Shown piece after piece: positions 8,499 through 15,682 of a DNA stretch of 64,000 nucleotides; positions within the stretch are counted from its first letter, which is position 1; each line of letters starts with the position of its first letter. Origin of the DNA: Bacteroidales bacterium (lineage in GTDB: Bacteria; Bacteroidota; Bacteroidia; Bacteroidales; UBA10428); NCBI GenBank assembly GCA_016934055.1, contig JAFGTR010000008.1, forward strand, positions 69,435-133,434, given 5' to 3'. Both the position numbers and the translations under genes were made by a program. Under the pieces are notes generated by a model. It ran no database searches, was not told where the DNA came from, and saw only the letters and a program-made list of their open reading frames with translations.

Positions 8499-8566
8499 TT
8501 TAATGACAAAGAAGCATAAAATGAATCAATTGGCTTCAAACAAATGTTAAATAAAAATTATTCGTC

Positions 8567-9091
8567 ATGAAAAATTTATTTGTAAAAACAATCGGAAGTG
8601 CAATGGCTCTTTTCCTTATTGCAGGAATTTCTTTTGCACAGGAGAACGCAACTGGCTCTGATCTCCAGAATCAGGATCAGAACCAGGTTCAGGAGCAAAC
8701 TCAGACCCAGGAACAAAACCAGGTCATGGAACAAAATGCTGTTCAGGAGCAGACACAGACTCAGGAACAAAACCAGGTTAAAGAACAAACTGCTGTTCAG
8801 GAGCAAAACCAGGAAAGCATCCGTAACCGTAAAAGATTCCGTGAATCTCTCACTGATGAACAGAAGGCCATTCTTGAAAACCAGGAAATGACACAAAATC
8901 AGAAACGGAATGCTTTTAAAGCCTCTCTCTCAGAAGAGCAAAAAGCCATGCTGAGAGAAAACCAGGAACTCCGCAAACAGCAGCGGAATCAATACCGTAC
9001 CAATGTCTCCGAAGAACAGAATCAGCAAATGAGGGAGAACCAGGAGAACACACGCACCCGGACAAGAACCGGCGGACAGGGAGGTAACTAA
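8567..9091 (+). CDS. Secreted Q/E-rich protein with LTxxQ-type motifs (Spy/CpxP-like, tentative)
   Basis: It has a signal peptide (MKNLFVKTIGSAMALFLIAGISFAQE), tandem QEQTQTQEQNQV(M/K)EQ(N/T)AVQEQ repeats, and then LTDEQKAILENQ, LSEEQKAMLREN and VSEEQNQQMREN. Confidence 0.6.
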   Translation: MKNLFVKTIGSAMALFLIAGISFAQENATGSDLQNQDQNQVQEQTQTQEQNQVMEQNAVQEQTQTQEQNQVKEQTAVQEQNQESIRNRKRFRESLTDEQKAILENQEMTQNQKRNAFKASLSEEQKAMLRENQELRKQQRNQYRTNVSEEQNQQMRENQENTRTRTRTGGQGGN

Positions 9092-9113
9092 AATCAGATA
9101 AATACATAAACAG

Positions 9114-9160
9114 GAAGATCCGGAGAATCCGGGTGATAGTTCCGGATCTTTCTTCATTTT
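9114..9160 (+). terminator. Rho-independent terminator after 8567..9091
   Basis: The stem is gaagatccgga (9114..9124) paired with tccggatcttc (9141..9151), followed by a T-rich tract. Confidence 0.6.
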
Positions 9161-9198
9161 CAGGTTAACGAACTATCTTACTTGATAAACGAAGAAAA

Positions 9199-10074
9199 AT
9201 GAGACCGGTTGCTATTCTTTCTGTATTGATTCTTTTCGGATTACCTGCCTTGTCACAAACAGACAGGATCGATTCATTGTTATATGATGTTCTCGGGAAT
9301 GACTGGGAGATGAAAAGACTATTGGACCCACCCTCTTCCTATTGTTATCTGTATGGCGGATTTGCCGGCGACAGCAAGACTTTATATGCAGGAAGGGAAA
9401 TCGGAGAAGATATTTATACTCTGAATGGCAGTCTGTATTTTTTACATTCCAAAGGATTTTACCTTGGAGCTTCAGGCTCGTGGTACAGTCAGTCTGACCC
9501 GGGTTATAGAAATACTATTGCCACAATTGGCTACCTGAAAGCCTTAAACAAGAAAAATACCATGATATTAAGGGCATCTTACAACCGTTACTTTTATAAC
9601 AGTCAGGATACCTCAGTAAATTATGTTTTTAAGAACAATATCGGATCTTCTCTTTCATACAGGAACAAGTGGATTGGCGGACGGCTTTCGATCAATTTCT
9701 TGTTCGGTGAGGAATTCGGGATGAATGTAACCCCTAGTCTTTTTTCACGCATACCTTTGATACGTTTCGGTACTTTCAATAAAATTCAGTTTGAGCCTGA
9801 AATTTCTTTATTTATAGGTTCAGAATCAGTTGAATATGTCAGTGCCGGCAGCCTGAGCGGACATATGTCAGGGTCACAGCAGGAGCTCACAACAAAAGAT
9901 GTATACGGCCTGTTAAACATGCAGTTTTATTTACCGGTATGCCTATATATAGGCGACTTCGATATTGAGCTGGGCTATTCACTGAATGTCCCCTGTACAC
10001 AGGATGAAAACATAACCTTACCGGTGAGTTCATTCTTTACAATTTCACTGGGGTATATGTTGCCGTTAAACTAA
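9199..10074 (+). CDS. Secreted protein of unknown function (possible outer-membrane beta-barrel)
   Basis: It has a signal peptide (MRPVAILSVLILFGLPALSQ). The alternating Y/G/S-rich composition is typical of beta-strand proteins. I recognise no family motif. Confidence 0.5.
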   Translation: MRPVAILSVLILFGLPALSQTDRIDSLLYDVLGNDWEMKRLLDPPSSYCYLYGGFAGDSKTLYAGREIGEDIYTLNGSLYFLHSKGFYLGASGSWYSQSDPGYRNTIATIGYLKALNKKNTMILRASYNRYFYNSQDTSVNYVFKNNIGSSLSYRNKWIGGRLSINFLFGEEFGMNVTPSLFSRIPLIRFGTFNKIQFEPEISLFIGSESVEYVSAGSLSGHMSGSQQELTTKDVYGLLNMQFYLPVCLYIGDFDIELGYSLNVPCTQDENITLPVSSFFTISLGYMLPLN

Positions 10075-10159
10075 AATGATCACTTGCATTTAACCAAAAT
10101 AATAATTCTATACGACTTCTATCCAACCACTTTCATAATCAAATTAAAATCAATTCAGG

Positions 10160-10675
10160 ATGAAAAAATTTCAATTTCAAAGAAAAATTCTAATGCTGTT
10201 GATCATGATTTTCCTGATACTGGTATCAGAAAATCAGGCACAGTCGGTCAAAAGACAATGCATTTCAAGTTATGGTGTAATGGCCATAGCCGGTGATGCG
10301 GCCTTTGCGCAAACGGTTGGCCAGCCCTTCAATACACTGGCCTCCTCCGGAAATTCAGCTGCCATATTACAGGGTTTTCAGCAACCTGTAATGTTTAAAG
10401 CGGAAGCGATAAATTCCGGTCCGTTGAAAAATCTTAACCTTAACGTTTTTCCGAATCCTGCCACCTACACGGTTATTCTTCAGAGCGACAAAACATTAGA
10501 AAAGTCGCGGATTGAGGTAACGGATCTGGCGGGCAGGATCATTTTATCGGAACAAGTAACACAGTTACAACAGTTTGAACTGAACTGCGGATCATGGAAA
10601 AACGGTATTTACATTATCACCGTGCGTGATGACGACCAGAACATCTCGTCCATTAAAGTAACCATCAACAAATAA
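10160..10675 (+). CDS. Small T9SS cargo protein (C-terminal type A sorting domain)
   Basis: It has a signal peptide. The C-terminus, LNVFPNPATYTVILQ...IEVTDLAGRIILSEQV...NGIYIITVRDDDQNISSIKVTINK, matches the Por/T9SS CTD pattern. Confidence 0.75.
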   Translation: MKKFQFQRKILMLLIMIFLILVSENQAQSVKRQCISSYGVMAIAGDAAFAQTVGQPFNTLASSGNSAAILQGFQQPVMFKAEAINSGPLKNLNLNVFPNPATYTVILQSDKTLEKSRIEVTDLAGRIILSEQVTQLQQFELNCGSWKNGIYIITVRDDDQNISSIKVTINK

Positions 10676-10683
10676 TCACGAAT

Positions 10684-11307
10684 ATGAAAAAGATTAGAAT
10701 CATATTGATCATGCTGGCCTTCATCGGCTATGCGGCCACCATAAGTGCACAATCAAGTCTGACAGTGAAAGCATCACCCATGTATGCTTCACTTAAATTC
10801 ACCGACAGCCAGGGAACCAAGCTCAACAGCGAATATTCAGGAATTTTCACCGGGGGTTACGGCCTGGGGTATCGCCTGGTCACCGAAGGCGGGTTTATGG
10901 TTAACGTCGGAGCCGGTATACGTAAGGCAGGAGCCACCATGGTATATGATGAAATGAATTATACCTGGGATCTTCAATATGCCGAGGGACGGCTGGGTGT
11001 AGGATACATGCTGGTCAGCAGTGATATTGGCCCGTACCTTGATGTTGCGGGATATTATGGCTATCTGCTGCGCGGATTTCAGACCATTAACAACGAAGAT
11101 TTCAATATCAAGGAATCGGAATCGATCAATAATTCCGATTATGGCATTGTGATCTCTCCCGGAGTGCAGATCAAGCTTTCCTATGAGATCAGGACCTTTA
11201 TTGAGTTTAACTATCTTATGGGATTGGCGAACCTGGAAAAGGAAGAAAGTCAGAAATCCAAAACTGTTGGCTATGGCCTGACTTTCGGATTTGCCTTCGC
11301 TTTTTAA
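10684..11307 (+). CDS. Outer-membrane beta-barrel protein (porin-family/OmpA-beta-barrel-like)
   Basis: It has a signal peptide (AATISAQS) and G/Y-rich alternating strands. The C-terminal GYGLTFGFAFAF ends in the aromatic OMP signature. Confidence 0.65.
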   Translation: MKKIRIILIMLAFIGYAATISAQSSLTVKASPMYASLKFTDSQGTKLNSEYSGIFTGGYGLGYRLVTEGGFMVNVGAGIRKAGATMVYDEMNYTWDLQYAEGRLGVGYMLVSSDIGPYLDVAGYYGYLLRGFQTINNEDFNIKESESINNSDYGIVISPGVQIKLSYEIRTFIEFNYLMGLANLEKEESQKSKTVGYGLTFGFAFAF

Positions 11308-11338
11308 TGCAATGTTTAACATCATTAATATCAAGCAT

Positions 11339-12568
11339 ATGAAAAAATTAAACATCCTTTGGTCTGTTATCGCGATTTGCTTAATAGGCCAAACCACATA
11401 CGCACAGCAGATAGGTGACCTGAACGGGATTTACTACCAGGCTGTCGCTATTGATGAAAACGGTAAAGAAATTGTCGGAATGGATATTGAAGACAAGCCT
11501 CTTTTTGAGAAAGCAATAGGCGTTAGGTTCACTATAACCAAGGGTCTTAATGGGGCCATACAATGGGAAGAGACTCATACGACCACGACTGATAAATATG
11601 GATTGTTTTCCCTGATTATTGGCAAGGGTACCCCGACAGGAAGTGCTGTCTATACCAGGTTACTGGATATTCCGTGGATTGATGCCGACCAGTTCCTGAA
11701 AGTTGAAATCTCAACTAAAAATGACGGTAACTATGTGTTGGTGAGCAATCAGCAGTTCATGACCGTTCCGTACTCTTTCTATACTGATGATATTGCCGAT
11801 AATGCCATCACCACGGCCAAGGTTTTGAATGAAACACTGCTGGCCGAAGATATCGGCACAGGTTCGATTGAAACTTCCGAGATACTGGATGAAACGATCC
11901 TGGCTGAAGATATCGCAACAGGAGCCGTAACAACTTCTGAAATCCTGAATGAGACCATTGCAGCAGAAGACATTGCAGAAGGGGCCGTAACAACCTCCGA
12001 GATACTGGATGAAACCATCGTGGCCGGGGACATTGCAAGCGGCGCGGTCACCACTGCAGAAATCCTGAACGGTACCGTGGTCAACGAAGACATTGCCGAC
12101 GGCACCATCGACCTGACCTCCAAGGTTACCGGTGTACTGCCGGTTGCCAATGGCGGAATGGGAAATGCCACGCTGACTGTTGATAATATATTGGTCGGAA
12201 GCGGCACTGATCCTATAAAAGCGAAAGTACTGGCGTCAACGGATTCAAGTCTTATTATAACACAAACATCAGACTCCATTATCCTGAAAACGCAGTTTAA
12301 AGCGGCTGAAGTAACCAGTGATCCTGCAGGTACATTCAATATACCGAATATACCTGCCGGCGATACCTGGGTCTCGAATGCCATCAATTATTTCGGGGTT
12401 AATTTCGGAGATATTATTGTCGGCTCGATTGATCAGAGCCTGCAGGGTTGCATGCTCACCGCTTATGTTTCACAGCAAAATGTGATAAGGATTGCCATTT
12501 ATAACGGTACAGGCGGCCAGGTAAATTTCGGCCTTGATGTTAATTTAAGGGTGTTTGTCATACGATAG
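11339..12568 (+). CDS. Tail-fibre-like surface protein with tandem 20-aa repeats
   Basis: The start MKKLNILWSVIAICLIGQTTYAQQ is a signal peptide. The N-terminal module (IYYQAVAIDENGKEI...VRFTITKG...WEETHTTTTDKYGLFSLIIGKG) is followed by 5 repeats of TSEIL(D/N)ETI.AEDIA.GAVT. After the repeats comes VLPVANGGMG, a motif I associate with phage tail-fibre-type proteins. Confidence 0.6.
   Translation: MKKLNILWSVIAICLIGQTTYAQQIGDLNGIYYQAVAIDENGKEIVGMDIEDKPLFEKAIGVRFTITKGLNGAIQWEETHTTTTDKYGLFSLIIGKGTPTGSAVYTRLLDIPWIDADQFLKVEISTKNDGNYVLVSNQQFMTVPYSFYTDDIADNAITTAKVLNETLLAEDIGTGSIETSEILDETILAEDIATGAVTTSEILNETIAAEDIAEGAVTTSEILDETIVAGDIASGAVTTAEILNGTVVNEDIADGTIDLTSKVTGVLPVANGGMGNATLTVDNILVGSGTDPIKAKVLASTDSSLIITQTSDSIILKTQFKAAEVTSDPAGTFNIPNIPAGDTWVSNAINYFGVNFGDIIVGSIDQSLQGCMLTAYVSQQNVIRIAIYNGTGGQVNFGLDVNLRVFVIR
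11786..12115 (+). repeat. About 5.5 tandem 60-bp coding repeats
   Basis: The 60-nt period is visible directly, for example acttccgagatactggatgaaacgatcctggctgaagatatcgcaacaggagccgtaaca / acttctgaaatcctgaatgagaccattgcagcagaagacattgcagaaggggccgtaaca / ... Confidence 0.85.
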
Positions 12569-12622
12569 TAAATCTTTGTTTTCAAAGATCAGATACGGCA
12601 GGTATATTCAGACCTGATCATT

Positions 12623-12662
12623 CCCCGCCGGAGTTGTTAATTTCCCGGCGGGGATTTCTTTT
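12623..12662 (+). terminator. Rho-independent terminator after 11339..12568
   Basis: The stem is ccccgccgg (12623..12631) paired with ccggcgggg (12645..12653), followed by atttctttt. Confidence 0.7.
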
Positions 12663-12716
12663 AAACAAAACCGGAAATGATACGTTGTATACATTCCGTA
12701 TGTTTATTATAACGAA

Positions 12717-13280
12717 ATGACCGACAGTGAAATCATCAAACTGATCCTGCAGGGCGATAGGGAAAAATACAGGGTGCTGGTAGACCGGTATCAGTCACTG
12801 ATTTTCCGCACCTGCATGGGTTTTGTCCACAACAAGGAAGATGCGGATGATCTGACACAAGACGTTTTTATCCAGGTCTTCCGTTCACTTTCAAGGTTCA
12901 AAGGTGAAGCTGCATTTTCCACATGGATCTACCGCATTGCGGTTAATGCCTCCCTCAACCGGATCCGTAAATCTAAGGGTTATTCTCTTCTGAAAAGGAT
13001 CGGATTGACTTCAGGCGAAAGCAATGTCCCAGATCCCTCCCTTCTAATCCCCGAAGATGAAGATCCGGAGTCTGTTCTCATCCGTGAAGAACATCATGCC
13101 TGGCTGCAAAATGCGCTGGACAGCCTTCCTGAAAAGCAGCGCACAGCTTTGGTTCTGAGCAAATACGACGAACTGCCGCAAAAAGATATTGCTGCCATTT
13201 TGAACACCACCGAAGGCGCAGTGGAAGCCCTTATTCAAAGGGCAAAAGCCAATCTCAGGAAAAAACTGAAAAAAAAATAA
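12717..13280 (+). CDS. ECF RNA polymerase sigma factor (RpoE-like)
   Basis: 187 aa. It has region 2 (DADDLTQDVFIQVFRSLSRFKGEAAFSTWIYRIAVNASLN) and region 4 (EKQRTALVLSKYDELPQKDIAAILNTTEGAVEALIQRAKANLR). Confidence 0.9.
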   Translation: MTDSEIIKLILQGDREKYRVLVDRYQSLIFRTCMGFVHNKEDADDLTQDVFIQVFRSLSRFKGEAAFSTWIYRIAVNASLNRIRKSKGYSLLKRIGLTSGESNVPDPSLLIPEDEDPESVLIREEHHAWLQNALDSLPEKQRTALVLSKYDELPQKDIAAILNTTEGAVEALIQRAKANLRKKLKKK

Positions 13281-13343
13281 AAAAAATAAAAAAAGCCGTA
13301 GGAAAATAACAGATTTTGTTTCAAATCATTAAAGTTAACGAAT

Positions 13344-13775
13344 ATGAATTGCCAGGAATGCTTAAAATATTTGGATGAATACCATGAAGACAGTTTGCCC
13401 GGCGGCATAAAGGACCAGGTTAAGGAACATCTTGAAACCTGTACAGGCTGTGCAGAAAGCTACCATCTGATGATCCTTGCCGGCCGGGTTATAAAAGAAG
13501 AAAAGAATGTGCTGTCCAATCCTTTCCTGTCTACCCGTATTATGGCACAGATCGGATCAGATGAAATGCTTAAAGAACCTGCAAAGCAAGTACCCGTTTA
13601 TGTACATATGTTGCAGTCTGTCCTTGTCACATTATCACTTGCCCTGGCTGTAATATCAGGGATTTTTGCAGGAAACATCTATAAACCGGATCAGGCAGAA
13701 TCTCCTTTACCTATTGAAATGGCTTATATAGATGATGCAACTCTTGAAGCCGTAACCTTTTTTACAAATGAGTAA
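13344..13775 (+). CDS. Anti-sigma factor, zf-HC2 type, single-pass membrane
   Basis: MNCQECLKYLDEYHEDSL...HLETCTGC is the putative-zinc-finger anti-sigma signature. A TM segment (LQSVLVTLSLALAVISGIFAG) follows. Confidence 0.78.
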   Translation: MNCQECLKYLDEYHEDSLPGGIKDQVKEHLETCTGCAESYHLMILAGRVIKEEKNVLSNPFLSTRIMAQIGSDEMLKEPAKQVPVYVHMLQSVLVTLSLALAVISGIFAGNIYKPDQAESPLPIEMAYIDDATLEAVTFFTNE

Positions 13776-13787
13776 ACCCTGAAAAAA

Positions 13788-14372
13788 ATGAGATCAGAAA
13801 AAAAACAGAAAATCCTGGTTTGGATCGTAGCGGTGTTGGCACTGATGAACATTTCAACCCTTGCAACCATTCTGGTTCATACCAACCAGGCGAAGAAATC
13901 AGAGACAGTTACAACAACAGTTCAGCGGCAAGCGGCAGCGGATGCAGAAAGATTCGGCGGAAGGTATTTCTGTGATCAACTTGACCTGGATGCGGATCAG
14001 ATGAGAACATTCAGGAATGTCAATACCGTCTTCCGTCAGCAGGCCAGAGATATTACCATAGACCTGGCCCTGTATCGCAGGCAAATGCTGACGGAAATGG
14101 CTGCCGGCCATAGCGACACCAACAGGCTTTACCGGTTATCTGACTCCATCGGCCACTTGCACAGTGATCTGAAGAAGCTGACATTCAGGTATTATCTTGA
14201 TATAAAAAGTATATGCTCCCCGCAACAGCAGGAAAAACTTGAACGACTGTTCGGAACGATTATGGCCCGCGATACACAGATGGGTTATCCCGGAAGACAG
14301 GGGCCTAAAGGCAGACCGAGAGCAAAACAGGAAGGCATATGGTTTCGCAATAAATTTAAAACAGATTTTTAA
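13788..14372 (+). CDS. Periplasmic Spy/CpxP-family-like protein ('periplasmic heavy metal sensor' type)
   Basis: It has an N-terminal TM/signal (ILVWIVAVLALMNISTLATILV) and helical LxxxQ motifs (LDLDADQMRTFRNVN, SPQQQEKLERLF). It is the third gene of a sigma/anti-sigma module, a context typical for this family. Confidence 0.55.
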   Translation: MRSEKKQKILVWIVAVLALMNISTLATILVHTNQAKKSETVTTTVQRQAAADAERFGGRYFCDQLDLDADQMRTFRNVNTVFRQQARDITIDLALYRRQMLTEMAAGHSDTNRLYRLSDSIGHLHSDLKKLTFRYYLDIKSICSPQQQEKLERLFGTIMARDTQMGYPGRQGPKGRPRAKQEGIWFRNKFKTDF

Positions 14373-14400
14373 ACAATACACAATGTAAACTTTTTTGAAA

Positions 14401-14748
14401 ATGAAAACAAAACTTTTTCTTACAGGACTGGCCATAATGGCCATTACAACGTGGGCTGCTGCCCAGGACAACAATACCGGTAACCGGCCGCAAAACGGAA
14501 AAGGCAAAGGCAGTGCCTATGTTGATGCCAATAAAAACGGGATCTGCGATCATTATGAAAACGGAACAGTCACCGGAACAGCAAACCGGGGTGCCGCATA
14601 CGGACGCAATAACGGAACCGGTAAATCGCAGGGTTATAAAAGAGGAAGAGGAATCGGGCAAGGCAGGGGTCGTAACTACATTGACGCCAATAATAACGGG
14701 ATATGTGACCGGCGTGAATCAGTTACTGTGAATGAAAAAGCCGAATAA
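14401..14748 (+). CDS. Small secreted G/R/N-rich protein with two EF-hand-like DxNxNGxCD loops
   Basis: It has a signal peptide (MKTKLFLTGLAIMAITTWAAAQ) and two copies of Y(V/I)DAN(K/N)NGICD..(E): DANKNGICDHYE (14524..14559) and DANNNGICDRRE (14683..14718). I prefer the ATG at 14401 over the TTG at 14395. Confidence 0.6.
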   Translation: MKTKLFLTGLAIMAITTWAAAQDNNTGNRPQNGKGKGSAYVDANKNGICDHYENGTVTGTANRGAAYGRNNGTGKSQGYKRGRGIGQGRGRNYIDANNNGICDRRESVTVNEKAE

Positions 14749-14781
14749 TTCCATTCCAGAAAACAGCGGATATTATTGAGG

Positions 14782-14811
14782 AAATGACAGGCTATAAACC
14801 TGTCATTTTTT
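14782..14811 (+). terminator. Rho-independent terminator after the ECF module
   Basis: The stem is atgacagg (14783..14790) paired with cctgtcat (14798..14805), followed by tttttt. Confidence 0.75.
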
Positions 14812-14991
14812 GCTTTACAGATATAAAAATCAGATAAACATCACGGAAACGGGCAAGGTATGGAGCTGAATGGTGACCCTATTAATGGTTCAGGCAGGCA
14901 TGGTCACAACCATACCGGTGAGACTGAAACTTCAGCAGGATTATGCCATATAAATTTGTTTTTTCAGGAAAAATATTAATCTTTGTGAAAC

Positions 14992-15011
14992 AATTGAACA
15001 ATTGTTCATAT
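14992..15011. promoter_or_regulatory. Palindromic operator, site 1 (aattgaac-aatt-gttcatat)
   Basis: This is a member of the 5-copy motif AA(A/T)TGAAC-N4-GTTCAT(A/T)T. It lies 11 nt upstream of the first possible arsR start. Confidence 0.7.
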
Positions 15012-15021
15012 ATTGAATTAA

Positions 15022-15387
15022 ATGAAAAAACAAAATTCGTATTTATCTGATAATCTATATGTTGAAAAAGACAAAGTGAATTCGGTGAAAAAGACAATGA
15101 AATCCGAAAAGTTTTTTCATTACCTCGCAGAGACTTTTAAAGCCATGAGTGATCCGACAAGAACAAAAATAATCTTTGCCCTCTGCCAGGAAAAAGAATT
15201 ATGCGTCAGCGACATGGCCGCTATAATCGGCACCACAAACTCCGCTATTTCCCACCAGCTAAGAACATTACGAAACATGAAACTGGTCAGATACAATAAA
15301 ATTGGCAGGTTGATTTTTTATTCACTGGATGATATCCATATTAATCATTTATTTGCAGAAGGACTAAGACATGTAGAGGATCTTTAG
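15022..15387 (+). CDS. ArsR/SmtB family metalloregulator (alpha5-site type)
   Basis: The region FKAMSDPTRTKIIFALCQEKELCVSDMAAIIGTTNSAISHQLRTLRNMKLVRY is the ArsR wHTH. The C-terminal LDDIHINHLFAEGLRHVED fits the DxH-x10-H-x2-(E/D) alpha5 metal site of SmtB/CzrA. The start may instead be the ATG at 15097. Confidence 0.85.
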   Translation: MKKQNSYLSDNLYVEKDKVNSVKKTMKSEKFFHYLAETFKAMSDPTRTKIIFALCQEKELCVSDMAAIIGTTNSAISHQLRTLRNMKLVRYNKIGRLIFYSLDDIHINHLFAEGLRHVEDL

Positions 15388-15436
15388 TTTTATTTCACGG
15401 TTGGTTATATGTTCACATATTTACACAAATATAATT

Positions 15437-15682
15437 ATGGTCAGCGAAAACAGTAATATGTCATTAACAGATATGAAAGAAGGTCAGACCGGAATAATTG
15501 TTTCGGTTGCCGGAGGAAAAGGCGCGACAAAAAGACTGGCTGATCTGGGGTTGTCGCCGGGAACCGAGATAAAGGTTATAAGAAAGGCTTTATTTTCCGG
15601 GCCTGTTAAAGTCCTGGTGCGTGGTTCAAGAATAGTCATTGGCCGGGGCCTGGCATTGAAAATCATAGTTGCATTGAAATGA
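15437..15682 (+). CDS. feoA: FeoA family protein
   Basis: LTDMKEGQTGIIVSVAGGKGATKRLADLGLSPGTEIKVIRKALFSGPVKVLVRGSRIVIGRGLALKI is the SH3-like FeoA pattern. I chose the ATG at 15437 rather than the TTG at 15401. Confidence 0.85.
   Translation: MVSENSNMSLTDMKEGQTGIIVSVAGGKGATKRLADLGLSPGTEIKVIRKALFSGPVKVLVRGSRIVIGRGLALKIIVALK

Noticed and set aside
8576-8896. Alternative-frame and antisense ORFs (8576..8896 -, 8598..8891 +, 8916..9157 -) overlap the Q/E-rich gene.
   Set aside because: They are low-complexity translations of the CAG/GAA-rich tandem repeat. Only the 8567 frame has a signal peptide and sensible motifs.
11779-12387. A 202-aa antisense ORF lies opposite the tail-fibre-like gene.
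   Set aside because: It mirrors the 60-bp repeats (a periodic S/V/A-rich artefact). The sense frame has a signal peptide and recognisable N- and C-terminal modules.
13255-13300. Long A-runs (a9 t a8 t a7) at the end of the second ECF sigma gene could act as a slipped-strand phase-variation switch.
   Set aside because: The runs mostly lie at or after the stop codon (the KKLKKK tail) and are interrupted. Nothing shows that a frame change would alter a product. They are probably just AT-rich spacer.
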